63,950 nucleotides of DNA, filler included, from Barthelona sp. PAP020 (GCA_040182905.1; 10 parts of 10 records of this genome joined end to end with filler, not necessarily neighbours in it); one strand, 5' to 3'; counted from the first letter of the whole stretch, positions 1 through 11,580 are shown. Numbers and translations are program-made. The notes: a model not told the origin generated them from the sequence alone.

Positions 1-159
1 GTCGAGTGAATATAATCCTTGTAAAAGCTTTTATAATCATTTTCTGTTGTGCATCATGAATTGTTGTGGGAAGGTCTTTGTAAACATTTATTATTATTAC
101 CGTGTGAATTGTCTAATGCGAGACTCGATCCTTTTTCCTTTGGAGGACTAAGCAAAACT

Positions 160-231
160 CTCTCTCGCGGGGAATCGAACCCCGGTCCCAAGCGTGACAG
201 GCTTGAATGATGACCACTACACTACGAAAGA
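160..231 (-). tRNA. tRNA-Asp(GUC)
   Basis: Reverse complement TCTTTCG-TAGTGTAGTGGTCATCATT-CAAGC CTGTCAC GCTTG-GGAC-CGGGG TTCGATT CCCCG-CGAGAGA-G: 7-bp acceptor stem, anticodon GTC, T-loop GTTCGA, followed by a TTTT Pol III terminator. Confidence 0.95.
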
Positions 232-574
232 ACTGAAAGATTTTTAAATAAGACAGTTATTCTATCCAAACAATTGAAACCAGCCATTTAGACCAATGAA
301 AAATTAAGTTAATTATTTTGTGAAATTAAGAAGAAATTAAACTCATGATGAAGTAACTATTATTATTTACGTTAAAAATTAGCAAAGTAAATTTCATTTC
401 ATCAACTTTCACAAATGAGAAATTTAAAGCTTGAATGAATTATTTGGTTGTATTTACTTTTTACCAAATAAACACTATTTTTCTTGCAAATTTATACATT
501 CAATGCTTCTTGGCTTGAAAATAAATAAAAAAACGACAAAAAAAAAAAGAAAACTATTTACCAAAAAAGAAAAA

Positions 575-2623
575 TTAATAAGGACAACGAGAGTATGCGG
601 CCCAAGAAGGATAATTTGCTAAGTCCCAAAAGGCCATGTCATACATGTCTTGATTGCTACAATGTGCACCCAATTCCTTAAAACTGTTACCTAAACGGTG
701 ACAATACATCAAATCCATTGAATTTGGTTGACAACGAATCGTGTGTACATTACCATACGCTTGATCTATCATTGGAACGAAATCATTTAAAGGGATCACC
801 ATCTCATTTGAATATAACATGGTATTTGCTTCAATATCATATCTAATTCTGGTTAATAAACTACCAACAGGGGAAATCGTGAAAGAACTTTCTTTATAAT
901 AACCAGCCAATAGATTAGCCAGACCACCTCCTAAAGAATGACCAACGAAATATATTTTATCCCCTCTATTACGAGCATTCTGTACAACAGTAAAAATTTC
1001 GTCTCTCAATTTGGGGAAATAATCTACATCTTGATAGTTCATAATTTCTCCTGTATATTGTAACGTTTTCATCAGCATTTGTTTAAATATCTGTGGAATA
1101 TACCCACCAAATGGAGTAATTTCACTAATAAACTGTAAAACCAAAGCATCAACATACATTTGTAAATCCATCATCCAATCAACCTTAAATACCGTTCCTC
1201 TAATTGCAACTATCGTTATTTGTAATTTTGTTGACGAATAAACGTTATAATAGGCCCCATAATGGTTGATTTTTGTTCTTTCATTTGTAAACCCAAAATA
1301 CTGTAATTTTCGATAATATTTAAACGCATATGGATTATACGCAAGTTTAGCAAATGCCAATAAATCAAGTTTTGTGAAATTTTGACCTTCAACAACTTCT
1401 TCATCGCAAAAAGTATACTGTTGTACAGTTGGCAAAGTATGACTCTCCAACGGTGAATAATTAATATCGCAGTCAACCAACAATTTATTTGCTGCTGTTA
1501 AACTATCCCCAGCTTCCAAGAGAAATCCTCCAGTTTGAACCGATCCTCGAATGTATCCAAGAAGGATCCAAAAAAATATTACTACTGTTATGTCCAAGGT
1601 AATCACTTTAATTCTGGACCAAGTACTTGTAAATGCAGCCAATAAATATGAAAATGGATAGATCACCACAAGATAAAAGCAAATAAAAGCTATCCCAAGA
1701 ATAACTGTTTTAAATACACCTGTTGCCAACCAACTAACACAAGTTATTGCAATCAAAACCCAGGATACAATAAACATCACCTTTTTAATCAAATCGTCTC
1801 GATAAGGGCTTTGAAAAATGTCTCTAACTCGGATACAAAACAAACTAAAAATCCTTAACAATAGACTAACAGTAACAACACAACATACTAAAAGAACATT
1901 CATAAAAAGACAATATATTATGGTTTGAAAAAAAGATTTTCCATTATAAATCAACTGTACAATAGAATAAACCCCAGAAATCATCATATGCAATACCCAT
2001 ACAAGCAAAGGCTTGGATTCTAATGCTTTCAAAACAAGATCATTATCAGTTGCAACAAATTCATAAATAGCATTGTTCGTGACTAATTCTCTTTTAATCT
2101 TGACAGATCTGTATAAAAAAATACTGTGATAGAAAGGAATCTTAATGAGCTTCTTTTTCTCTTTGTTTTCGGGGTTTGAATCTTTTTGGAAATATGGATT
2201 GTTATAAGTAGTATAAGCAACATCCTCATCAGCGTCGTTGTTTTTTGACCTATAAAAGACATTTAACATGGTTTTTTTCAAAGTATCAACTTCATCATCA
2301 TCTTCAAAATCCTTTATAAACCACCATCTATTCCAATACTTTTTCAATAACATAGGCAATACACTAATCGATAAAAATAATACATGTATTAAAATGAATA
2401 ACAATATTGAAATAGTAACCAAATTAAAAACATTTGAACGAATCTTCGCTTTACAAGCAGCAAAAACAACTTGAGCAACTAATACAAATATAAAAGTAAA
2501 AGACCCAAAATAAAAAGTAACAACTCCAATACGGCAAATTATTCCATATAATCTTTTTGAAGCCGCAAAATAAGTGTAAATTAATATTAAGATTACTCCA
2601 ATTGAATAATTAATTAAACCCAT
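575..2623 (-). CDS. Multi-pass membrane protein with C-terminal class-3 lipase domain
   Basis: Several hydrophobic helices, then IVAIRGT...DW and the nucleophile elbow VGHSLGGG, NDFVPMID and CH; N-terminus uncertain. Confidence 0.8.
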   Translation of the reverse strand: MGLINYSIGVILILIYTYFAASKRLYGIICRIGVVTFYFGSFTFIFVLVAQVVFAACKAKIRSNVFNLVTISILLFILIHVLFLSISVLPMLLKKYWNRWWFIKDFEDDDEVDTLKKTMLNVFYRSKNNDADEDVAYTTYNNPYFQKDSNPENKEKKKLIKIPFYHSIFLYRSVKIKRELVTNNAIYEFVATDNDLVLKALESKPLLVWVLHMMISGVYSIVQLIYNGKSFFQTIIYCLFMNVLLVCCVVTVSLLLRIFSLFCIRVRDIFQSPYRDDLIKKVMFIVSWVLIAITCVSWLATGVFKTVILGIAFICFYLVVIYPFSYLLAAFTSTWSRIKVITLDITVVIFFWILLGYIRGSVQTGGFLLEAGDSLTAANKLLVDCDINYSPLESHTLPTVQQYTFCDEEVVEGQNFTKLDLLAFAKLAYNPYAFKYYRKLQYFGFTNERTKINHYGAYYNVYSSTKLQITIVAIRGTVFKVDWMMDLQMYVDALVLQFISEITPFGGYIPQIFKQMLMKTLQYTGEIMNYQDVDYFPKLRDEIFTVVQNARNRGDKIYFVGHSLGGGLANLLAGYYKESSFTISPVGSLLTRIRYDIEANTMLYSNEMVIPLNDFVPMIDQAYGNVHTIRCQPNSMDLMYCHRLGNSFKELGAHCSNQDMYDMAFWDLANYPSWAAYSRCPY

Positions 2624-2848
2624 AGACCATTAAACTATTATAAAAAAAACTAAACATCAAATCAAAAATCAACGGAATTCTTGGTTCAACTGTTCTTTTT
2701 CTATTTGTACAATGTAAACTGTTGCATTTCTTGTGTTTAAATTTATCATTATAACAATAACTGTTTTCAAATGCAAATTATATTTTTTTGGAGGAACGAT
2801 TGAGTTTAATTTTGATTTGTGTTAAATCATTATTTATCCTTTAAAAAA

Positions 2849-5800
2849 ATGACAGAAACTGCAATAATTCAAAATTTACAAAAGGAAATGAACAAAAAAA
2901 TTGCTCAATTGACAAAAGTTGTATATGTATTAAATTCAAAGTCAAGTAGTATGTCTAATGATCTTAAAGATGTATCTGACGAATATGAGCAAGAAATAAA
3001 GGATATTTTATCAAAATCTGCGGAGAAAATTGCAGATTTTAAAAGAACTATTGATAATACGAATATTGAGGCAAATTTACAAGATATAGTAATTAAATTA
3101 ACTGACCATCATGAAAAAGAAAAAACTAAATTTATTCGTGATTTTGAAGCTTTTAAAAGTTATACACAAGAACAAGAACAAGTAAATCGACAAAAGGCAA
3201 CAGAAAAAATGGTTAATTTGCAAGAAAAATATGAGACATTAACAAAAACTTTTGAAAAACGAATAAATCAATTTGAAGAATCCCTTAATGCTCAAACCAC
3301 ACAAAAAAAAATTGAATTGGACGCTTTAAAGCTTCGATTGGAAGATAAGTTTAAAAGAGAATTAGAAACTCATGTTCAAGAATCAAATCAAAAATACAAT
3401 TCAATGCTGAAAGAAAATCTAGCCAAGCAAGTCGAATTGGAAGAACTATTACAATCTGAAAAGGAGAGATGGACAAATTTATACGAAGCGAAGGAAAAAG
3501 AACTCATCAATAAATACGAAACCATCATACACTCTTTAAAGATGGAACAAGCGAATGCAAATGGAAGCAATGCTGAGGTTATTTCTGAATTAAATGAGAA
3601 TTTACAATCAAAAATTGAAGCGGTAAAAAAATTGAGCGAATTGATCACTGACAAGGATGTACGTATCGCAATGCTTTCAAATGATTTGAGAGAAATTGTT
3701 GAGCAGAAAAAAACTGTTGATGATAGGTCTGTTGGTTTGGAAGGTCAATTGAATGTCTTGCAAGGCAAATCTTTGCAAATAGAAGGTGAAAACGAGTTAT
3801 TAAAAGCAAAAGGAAAAGTTTTAGAGGAAGAATTAGAAGATATAAGATCAATGTTGAAAGAAAGCAAGGAACATGAAGAAGAATTGTTGCTTGAACTTAA
3901 TAACGTTCAAAATGGTGCGAGCAGTTCAATGGAAGCTCAACAAAAAATTATCACGCAATATAAAGAAAAAATAAAAGAACTGGAGGAAAAATATGGTGAA
4001 ACTGTTGAAATACTTGAGAAAGAACGAATAGCGTGGGAAAAAAATAAAGAGATATGGGATTTGAAAAGAAAAGAGATGATCGAACAACTATCTGACAGCC
4101 AAGTTTTCATTAAAGAAAAAGATCAAGAAATCAATGGATTAAAATTGTTGCTTCAACAATCTAATGGTCAATTGAATGATTTGGGTGATGTCAAATCAGG
4201 TTTGAATCTTCAACTTAATGAAGCAACAAAAAAGATAGATCAATTGGAGAATCAAATTGAGAATTTGAAAAAGCTTCATCGTGAAGAGTTACAAGGTAAT
4301 TCAAAGGCATCAGAGGATGAGATGAACAAAATGAAGGCATCATTTGAAGAACAGATATCAAAAATACAACAAAAGAATGATTCCTTTAGACAAACAATTG
4401 AAAAGATACAGAATGTTAAAGGAGTTTTAGAGAATGAAATTTCAGCATTAAATACACAACTTAAAGATTTGCTGAATACCAAGCAAGTATTGGAAGAGGT
4501 TAATTTGTCTTTGAAGGGTGAAATTGATATTTTGCACAAATCTAACGAGAATCGAGCTGCTATGAGCTTGGATGAAGTGAAAGAATTAGCATTATCGTTG
4601 GAATCAAAGGCAAATGAGCTTGTTGAGAGTGAAAAAAAAATATTAAGTTTGGATTCAATGAATCAAGAACTTGAGACAAAAATTAATGAGCTAAGCTACA
4701 AGCTTGAACAAGAGACAAAAGATCGACTTGAAATTTTGAATGAAAAAAGAAAATTAGAGCAGGAGTATTATGAAATGAGTGTCAACGGAACGACCCTTTC
4801 AAATGAAATGACAGGTCGAATAAAAGATTTAGAAGCAAAAAGCATAGATACCATCAAAAATTATGAAGCACAGTTAAAAAATCAGGAACAACAATACAGA
4901 ACGATTGTTCAACAAAAAAATGCCCAAGAAAGAGATTTTGTCAGTCAACTAGAACACAAAGATCGAGACATTGAATCCTTGCAATCTCAATTGATTAACC
5001 AAGAAAATGATGGACTTAGCAGTCTTCAAGGAATCCGACAACAACATATTTCTGAAATTGCTCGTTTAAATGAAGAATTTGAACAAATTAAGCAAGAAAT
5101 TCTTTCAAAGCATGAACTCTTTGTTGTTAATTTAAAGAAGGAACATGATGATGATATTTTTGCGTTAAATGAAGAAAACGAACTCAAAATCAAAAAATTA
5201 ACTGAAGAATTAAAAAAGAAACATGAAAATGAACTTCAACTTCAAAACAATGAACACAAAAGAACAGTCAATTTATTGAAAGTTGAACAAAGTGATCGAA
5301 TTCAAAACATTACAGAAAAACATGGAGTTGATGAGAAAAAATTGAGGAAATCTTTAGAAGAAAATTATTTTGAAAGAGAGAGGCTCCAAAAACTCAATTA
5401 TGAAACAGAGTATAGCAATTTGCTTGACAGTTTAAATCAAAAAACAAGCGAATTATTTGCTGCTTTAAAGAATGTTGATATGTTGGAGTTAAGGATCAAA
5501 GATCTTCAACAAGATATGATTGATGGTGAAAAAAGATTAGAAAGTTGTTTGGAAGAACAAAAGAAAGAACATGCAGCTGAAATTATAGGAAAAAATAAAG
5601 AATTTAATCTTAAGGAAATTGAGTTGAACAAACTTCATGAAATAGAACTAAATGAGTTAAATGATCAATTTGTTGAAGCATCAAATCAAATGGAAGAAAG
5701 ATGTAGGCAATTTGAGGAAATTGCTGAAGAGTGGAAAACAAAATATTTGCAAAGAAGTTCAAAACCAGAAGACTTACAAAAGATATCAGAATTAATTCGA

Positions 5801-6178
5801 CTTTTGGAAGAAAGAGACAAAGAATTATTTCAAACAAAGGAAGACATGAAGCACTTCCAGTTGGAACTTATCAACAGAGATGAAAGCTATACAAAAATCT
5901 TTGGTCGTCAACCCAATGCAGGGATAGTGGATCCAAGAGCAGTTTTAAATTCCAAAACACCGCAAAGACGAGTAATTAGTGGAGGTAACATGTCTTCTAA
6001 AGGTAATTTGGGAGGTTTAAGTATAGGTGGAACTGGAACAAGTTCAAATTTTCCAATAATTACAAAAAATCCTTCAAGGAAAAGTTCGATCGGTAGTACA
6101 AGTGGAAATAATTCTAGAATAACTCGTTCAAACAGTAGTAGTTCGATCAGAACAAGAAAAAGTTCATCTTCACAATAG
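2849..6178 (+). CDS. FAM184-like coiled-coil protein
   Basis: MNKKIAQLTKVVYVLNSK at the N-terminus and FQLELINRDESYTKIF...P.AG.VDP at the C-terminus match FAM184A/B signature ends; first ATG at 2849. Confidence 0.75.
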   Translation: MTETAIIQNLQKEMNKKIAQLTKVVYVLNSKSSSMSNDLKDVSDEYEQEIKDILSKSAEKIADFKRTIDNTNIEANLQDIVIKLTDHHEKEKTKFIRDFEAFKSYTQEQEQVNRQKATEKMVNLQEKYETLTKTFEKRINQFEESLNAQTTQKKIELDALKLRLEDKFKRELETHVQESNQKYNSMLKENLAKQVELEELLQSEKERWTNLYEAKEKELINKYETIIHSLKMEQANANGSNAEVISELNENLQSKIEAVKKLSELITDKDVRIAMLSNDLREIVEQKKTVDDRSVGLEGQLNVLQGKSLQIEGENELLKAKGKVLEEELEDIRSMLKESKEHEEELLLELNNVQNGASSSMEAQQKIITQYKEKIKELEEKYGETVEILEKERIAWEKNKEIWDLKRKEMIEQLSDSQVFIKEKDQEINGLKLLLQQSNGQLNDLGDVKSGLNLQLNEATKKIDQLENQIENLKKLHREELQGNSKASEDEMNKMKASFEEQISKIQQKNDSFRQTIEKIQNVKGVLENEISALNTQLKDLLNTKQVLEEVNLSLKGEIDILHKSNENRAAMSLDEVKELALSLESKANELVESEKKILSLDSMNQELETKINELSYKLEQETKDRLEILNEKRKLEQEYYEMSVNGTTLSNEMTGRIKDLEAKSIDTIKNYEAQLKNQEQQYRTIVQQKNAQERDFVSQLEHKDRDIESLQSQLINQENDGLSSLQGIRQQHISEIARLNEEFEQIKQEILSKHELFVVNLKKEHDDDIFALNEENELKIKKLTEELKKKHENELQLQNNEHKRTVNLLKVEQSDRIQNITEKHGVDEKKLRKSLEENYFERERLQKLNYETEYSNLLDSLNQKTSELFAALKNVDMLELRIKDLQQDMIDGEKRLESCLEEQKKEHAAEIIGKNKEFNLKEIELNKLHEIELNELNDQFVEASNQMEERCRQFEEIAEEWKTKYLQRSSKPEDLQKISELIRLLEERDKELFQTKEDMKHFQLELINRDESYTKIFGRQPNAGIVDPRAVLNSKTPQRRVISGGNMSSKGNLGGLSIGGTGTSSNFPIITKNPSRKSSIGSTSGNNSRITRSNSSSSIRTRKSSSSQ

Positions 6179-6337
6179 TCTTCTTTTTTTTTAATATCAT
6201 AAATAGTCTTGTTATTTTCATTTATAATGTGCTATTGTTATTTCAATGATTCTTTGCATTTGTCTTTGACAAATTAAATATGCCTGTTCCAATGTTGTAA
6301 CAAAACAGGAATTTTTTTTTTTTTTTACAAAAAGTCA

Positions 6338-6585
6338 ATGCCAAAACTTCCAACAAAAGTTGATTTATCAACAATACGTGTTCCAACAGGAAAAGTTAAC
6401 AGCAACTTGAATGCAAATCTCAAACGTAATATTGAAAAAAATCCTGAAATTAAAAAGGAAGGCGTTGTTGATGCCAGTGTCAAAGGAGCTGATCCTATTG
6501 GAGGAAGCGGTACAGTTCATGAAAATCCAGCTGAGCAAAAGAAAGAGATAGTTGAGGAAACTGAAAGTGAAAAACTGGAGGAAGA
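6338..6585 (+). CDS. Hypothetical protein, 5' fragment cut by contig end
   Basis: ATG after a poly-T tract, open to the linker. Confidence 0.55.
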
Positions 6586-6685
6586 NNNNNNNNNNNNNNN
6601 NNNNNNNNNNNNNNNNNNNNNNNNNNNNNTTAATTAATTAANNNNNNNNNNNNNNNNNNNNNNNNNNNNNNNNNNNNNNNNNNNN
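6586..6685. other. Artificial contig linker
   Basis: N-run, TTAATTAATTAA (stops in six frames), N-run; 100 nt. Confidence 0.99.
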
Positions 6686-7006
6686 AGATTGATGCAAAAC
6701 TTCAGCTATCAAAAGAATAAGAGAAGTAGTACCATCACCAGTCATATCATCTTGAGCTGTTGCAGCACGTGCAACAAGTTGAGCAGTAGGTAGTTTTAAT
6801 TGGGTTTGGTGAAGCAAAACACAACCATCCTTTGTTACTTTAATATCTCCAGAACCAGAAACTAACATTTTTAATGTTCCTTTAGGTCCAAGATTTGTCT
6901 TCAACAATTCTGAAAGACCTTGAGCACCAGCTTGAATAACATCGAAAGCACCTTTGCGCTTAACAACCTCTGAATAGGGATTTAATGCTTGAACAGCAGC
7001 AGACAT
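6686..7006 (-). CDS. CCT6: Chaperonin CCT zeta subunit, 5' fragment
   Basis: [31 protein letters not shown] and [12 protein letters not shown]. Confidence 0.93.
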
Positions 7007-7268
7007 ATCACCAAAAAAAAAAAATTTAATGAGATAGGCGCCTTTACTTTCAACAATAATTTGTTGAAAAACTTTTTGCAGAAGTGTTTTTTAGATCTTC
7101 AAAACATAACTGAGCTAATTTAAATGAAAAAGACCAAACTATAAAAGGAAAAATTATCTTTCTTCTTTCAATCCAGTCATAAAATAAACCCAATCTAACC
7201 TTGAAGTTTTCAAAAGAAAATTACAGTGCAAATAGTCAGCTGATATTCTTAACTTTTTTTTTTTACAA

Positions 7269-8174
7269 ATGATGAAACAGATTCAACACACAATATATTT
7301 TAGTATCAATTGTGAATTTTTGAATATTGAATTTAAAAAGAAAAAGATTTTATGGCCTTGGAGCAGAACACAACCCTTGTTGAATTATATCATTTCGAAT
7401 TGTTCAAAATTGTTACCTGAAGATTCTATTTATGAAAAATGTCTGATTGAAGAAGCTTCAAAACCCCATTTTGGAATCTTTGGAAGGTTTATGGAAGTTC
7501 ACATTGGTAATAAATGTGCTCAAAATCCAGTAGTGTTTTTAGAAACGACAGTTCCATTCATATTATGGTGGAATTATGCTGGGAGATTCTCATTCACTCA
7601 AAAAAAAAGAACCAATTTTGCCATTGAATCGTCAATAACTCTAATTAACACCTTTATGAATGGTGGATGTGCATTGGGAGTAGAAGAAGTTCATTTGGAT
7701 GCTGTACCTGAGCTACCACAATCTGTTGAACTTATTGGGGTTTTACCAATATTTGCCAATGGAAGAATTGTTGGATCTGTTCCTCCAGCAGAACAATGCC
7801 AATGTAACACAATGAATTTTGATTCTACCCAACAAGACATATTGCCTGATCAAATGTACATACAAAATAGTCAATATCCACCTGTTGTGACTCAATCAGA
7901 GCATATGAAAATGCCAATACCTTCCGATTCTTCAATTGATGATAATTCACCTGTAAACTGGTCTCAAATTCCATTCTATTCGCATCAGGAGATTCAACGA
8001 GCTCAAATGTTTCAAAACCCAAATCAAATGAATGCTGACAATATTAGTAATATCTATCTAGAAAATAGTCAGCAACAATATCCATCTTTTAATGGGTTCA
8101 GTATCAATGGAGTTCCACAAACTGGACTTGTTCATTCTGTTGTTCCATCCACTCCTTATATGTGGAATTCCTGA
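7269..8174 (+). CDS. Hypothetical protein (globular N-terminus, Q/P/N-rich tail)
   Basis: 301-aa ORF after a poly-T tract; no recognised family. Confidence 0.65.
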   Translation: MMKQIQHTIYFSINCEFLNIEFKKKKILWPWSRTQPLLNYIISNCSKLLPEDSIYEKCLIEEASKPHFGIFGRFMEVHIGNKCAQNPVVFLETTVPFILWWNYAGRFSFTQKKRTNFAIESSITLINTFMNGGCALGVEEVHLDAVPELPQSVELIGVLPIFANGRIVGSVPPAEQCQCNTMNFDSTQQDILPDQMYIQNSQYPPVVTQSEHMKMPIPSDSSIDDNSPVNWSQIPFYSHQEIQRAQMFQNPNQMNADNISNIYLENSQQQYPSFNGFSINGVPQTGLVHSVVPSTPYMWNS

Positions 8175-8606
8175 CACTTCTTGAAAATTATTTAGTTTTA
8201 ACGTTTTAATATGGTGAAAAATATCAACGTAAAAATATGCATTTGAAATGATTCTTTTAAATTAGTTGACAGGATTAGCTGTACTTTCTCATTGAAAAAA
8301 AAAAAGATAAATAAAAAGAAATCATTTCGACAGATATCAACAATATTAAACAGAATAATTGGTTTTTATTCAATTTTATTGACTTCAAGATCTTTTGTAA
8401 AATTCCTCTAAGATTACCAAAACAATGGTAATGCTGTAAAATTTTATTTCCACAAAAGAAAAGAGCATCATTTTCCTTAGCCCCAGTTAAAGGACTTCAC
8501 CAAATAAATAGTTTCCTTTTTTTTATTACTGTGTTATTGCTATGCTTTTTCCTTTGAAAATAAAAGAAAGAACAAAAAAAAATTTACCCGAACAAAACGA
8601 AACAAA

Positions 8607-9692
8607 TTAAGAAAAGGATACAGGAGGTGGAAGAGGAATTTTTTGCATTTGTATGGCTTGAATAATAGGGTCAATCTCTTCAATTTTAGAAGATTCCTCC
8701 ATATTTTTGTTTTTAGATCCCCTACTAAATCTTCGAGGATAACTAACATTTGTATCTTGTGAATTAGATGGAGGAGGTGGCAATGGTTTAAATAATTCAG
8801 AAAAATCATTGGGAACTTCATTCAACAGCTTGGGTAAAAAGGATTGCCAGTAGCGTGGAATATTCAAATCGTCAATACATCTATCAATATGATATTCCAC
8901 AAAACTTTCCGCATTTGTTTTGTCATTATTTTGGTTAGTAACTAAAATGTTGCATAAAGGCAAAAAACCATCATGAAAATATACTTCAACATTGCAAATT
9001 TCAACTGTAAATGGATGATTCAATATTATATTTGATGACTTTTCCTCAATATTGTTTAAATCATTGAATATCATATCTAAAATACTATTTGGTAATGTAA
9101 CACCCTCATGATAAATCGGAATCAAACAATCATACGAAACTAAACACAAACAAAAAGACTCTTCAAAACTATTTGCTCCAGGAATCAAAGTTTCTAAAGC
9201 AACTTTACAATCAATCAAATTGAGCAACATATTTCTTAAAATTCCACTAAACAATACAAAAGACCCTTTGGTAGGTGACAATTCAGGAATATCTTTTACA
9301 GTATCTTCAAAAGTATAATCCTTACATTGTCGAAGAATTTCCAGAGCACTGGCTAAATGCATATCAATTTGCAAATTGAAAAAATGATGAAACATTTTAT
9401 CCACATATTGTAATAAAATTATAGATGTTCTAATAAACCCAGGAGTTAATAAAGCAATGAATATTGAAGAATTTTCAAATGACTTTATGGAAGTTATGAA
9501 GCAATCTTTCGTTTTTAAAGAAACTTTCGATGAAAAAGAAAAACTTAAAAGTGAAGCAACAGTTCGTAATATTTGATTATTGGTAAATGGACAATCATTC
9601 AAAAAAATATTTATTAACACATTTCCATGTTTGTCAAAAATCAATATACCATAAATATGTTCATTGTCCTTATCGCTTTCACTTAAATTCAT
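8607..9692 (-). CDS. Hypothetical protein, possible N-terminal longin-like domain and Pro-rich C-terminus
   Basis: IYGILIFDKHGNVLINIF resembles the first longin strands; 361-aa ORF. Confidence 0.6.
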   Translation of the reverse strand: MNLSESDKDNEHIYGILIFDKHGNVLINIFLNDCPFTNNQILRTVASLLSFSFSSKVSLKTKDCFITSIKSFENSSIFIALLTPGFIRTSIILLQYVDKMFHHFFNLQIDMHLASALEILRQCKDYTFEDTVKDIPELSPTKGSFVLFSGILRNMLLNLIDCKVALETLIPGANSFEESFCLCLVSYDCLIPIYHEGVTLPNSILDMIFNDLNNIEEKSSNIILNHPFTVEICNVEVYFHDGFLPLCNILVTNQNNDKTNAESFVEYHIDRCIDDLNIPRYWQSFLPKLLNEVPNDFSELFKPLPPPPSNSQDTNVSYPRRFSRGSKNKNMEESSKIEEIDPIIQAIQMQKIPLPPPVSFS

Positions 9693-9867
9693 AAAATAAT
9701 CATCAAATAATCAAAAAAAAAATTCAAATAATCCAACATAATTAAATGCTTGTAAAGACCTTTATTGTTCTCGGTTAGAGTTTGGGGGAACTTTCAATTG
9801 AGTCGTTTTGCAAGGATAGTTCAGAACACTCTTAAAAAAAAAAGAAATGCTTCAGGTTTAGTTTAGA

Positions 9868-10046
9868 CGTAGCCCTCCTACGAAAGCCTATGAAAGAGTA
9901 GGTCTCAAAACAGAGAGGTTTTTCAGGAACGCTGGACCCCCCGAAAAGAATAAAGATTAAGGTTTATTAATTATTAGTCAACTGAGATTCCCAGTCTCTG
10001 ATTTGGATAAGCTGTGGAAAAGGTTCGTACAAGAAGAAAAATAAAA
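9868..10046 (-). mobile_element. Dispersed repeat copy A (truncated, about 175 bp)
   Basis: Reverse complement matches 20570-20750: GTACGAACCTTTTCC...CAGAGACTGGGAATCTCAGTTGACTAAT...GGGGTCCAGCGTTCCTGAAA...TGAGACCTACTCTTTCATAGG. Confidence 0.9.
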
Positions 10047-10377
10047 AGAAATTATCGAATTTTATACAAATGTGCAATGTTACAAACACCAATTCCACAC
10101 AATAAACAGAGAAAATAGCCTTAATTCAACACTATAACCCCTTAATCACCAAATAGGTTGCATAGCTCATAGTTTAGTGAAAATTAAAGAAAGAGCAGTT
10201 CAATTAAATCTAAAAACAAAACAAACAACTACACGCAAGGAATATTTGTCAATATCGTGCATTGAGATGAGGTGAATGTTTGCAATTTGAATTTTGGAAA
10301 AATTTTGAAAATTTCTAGTCAATCGTCAATTTCTAATTTCCATTTGTCTTTATTTCTTTTTTTTTTGTTAGTTTATT

Positions 10378-11580
10378 ATGTCTGTTGAATTAAGTAGTGA
10401 AATAGGAGAATTTATACGTGGTTTATTTCCTCTAAAAATTGATGAACATAGTGGAAGGGAAATTGAAAATGTGATTTCTAATTATTCATGGGACAGTAAA
10501 TACTTGCCAAATGGTAAACAATTGGTTGTTGGTAGTTGTCAAGCTGTTCATGTTATTGATGTAGCAACTGGAATATTGAATCGTACTTTGAAAGACCATA
10601 CAAACAATGTCTATGGTATTGCCATTTCACCAAATGGGCAGAAGTTGGCAACATGTTCCCATGATAGGTCTATCATTGTATACAGCCTTCCAGATTTCTC
10701 CATCTTGTGTAGATTGAATAGTGGAACTTGTATTTGTGGAATTTGTTTTTCTTCTTGTTCAAATTATGTATATTATGGTGATTTCAATGGAATTCTTACG
10801 AAAAGTGACACAAATAATGGGAAAATTGTCTTGGAAAAGAGAATTCCGAATAATCATCTTTGGAAAGTGAAACTGTCAACGGATGGTAAATATCTTTTGA
10901 CTAGTGGTGTTAGTACTGCCATGTTGGTTGACCCAGATGATTTGTCTGTTGTTCGTACATTCAGTCTAGGTGGGTTTGTTAGAGCTATTGATTTCCACCC
11001 AACTGAAAAAATGATTGCTGTTGGTGACCGATCGAACAAAGTCGAACTCTGGAACATGGACAACAGATCACTCATTCATACATTTGATATGGGTGGTCAA
11101 GTATGGTGTCTTCATTTCTTATCACCTTATATCCTGCTTATTATGTCTGGTGATGGCTATATTAACTCATTCAATATTGAAACCCATCAGCAAATTCAAA
11201 AAGTACATTGTGGTTGTGATACTTCCGATTTTTCCTTTGCCATATCACCTAATAAGACACAAATAGCGTGTGGAAGATGTGCAGGGAATGTCATCAAAAT
11301 CTATCCAATTATCGTTGACTATGACCCCTCACATGAAGCGGAACTCATTCGATTGTCAAGGCATGGTGGCTGTGTGTTGTCAAATCTTATTGATTTGAAT
11401 ATTGATACTCAAGTCACAAGACAATTGGTAGCCGCAGGGATGTACATGAATGAAGAGGAGTATAACATGATTGTTAACACATGTTGGGATTTATGTGATA
11501 TTAATGAAATGAAGGGTGGAAATATGCACTCATTTTTCAATGAACAAAGTGATTATGAAAGTGATGAAGTTGATGATTGA
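10378..11580 (+). CDS. WD40-repeat protein with helical/acidic C-terminal tail
   Basis: HTNNVYGIAISPNGQKLATCSHDRSIIVY, VRAIDFHPTEKMIAVGDRSNKVELWN and similar; about 7 blades. Confidence 0.88.
   Translation: MSVELSSEIGEFIRGLFPLKIDEHSGREIENVISNYSWDSKYLPNGKQLVVGSCQAVHVIDVATGILNRTLKDHTNNVYGIAISPNGQKLATCSHDRSIIVYSLPDFSILCRLNSGTCICGICFSSCSNYVYYGDFNGILTKSDTNNGKIVLEKRIPNNHLWKVKLSTDGKYLLTSGVSTAMLVDPDDLSVVRTFSLGGFVRAIDFHPTEKMIAVGDRSNKVELWNMDNRSLIHTFDMGGQVWCLHFLSPYILLIMSGDGYINSFNIETHQQIQKVHCGCDTSDFSFAISPNKTQIACGRCAGNVIKIYPIIVDYDPSHEAELIRLSRHGGCVLSNLIDLNIDTQVTRQLVAAGMYMNEEEYNMIVNTCWDLCDINEMKGGNMHSFFNEQSDYESDEVDD

Noticed and set aside
66..82. GGGAAGGTCT resembling RNase P RNA conserved region I
   Set aside because: No complementary CR-V partner is found downstream, and the tRNA occupies that space.
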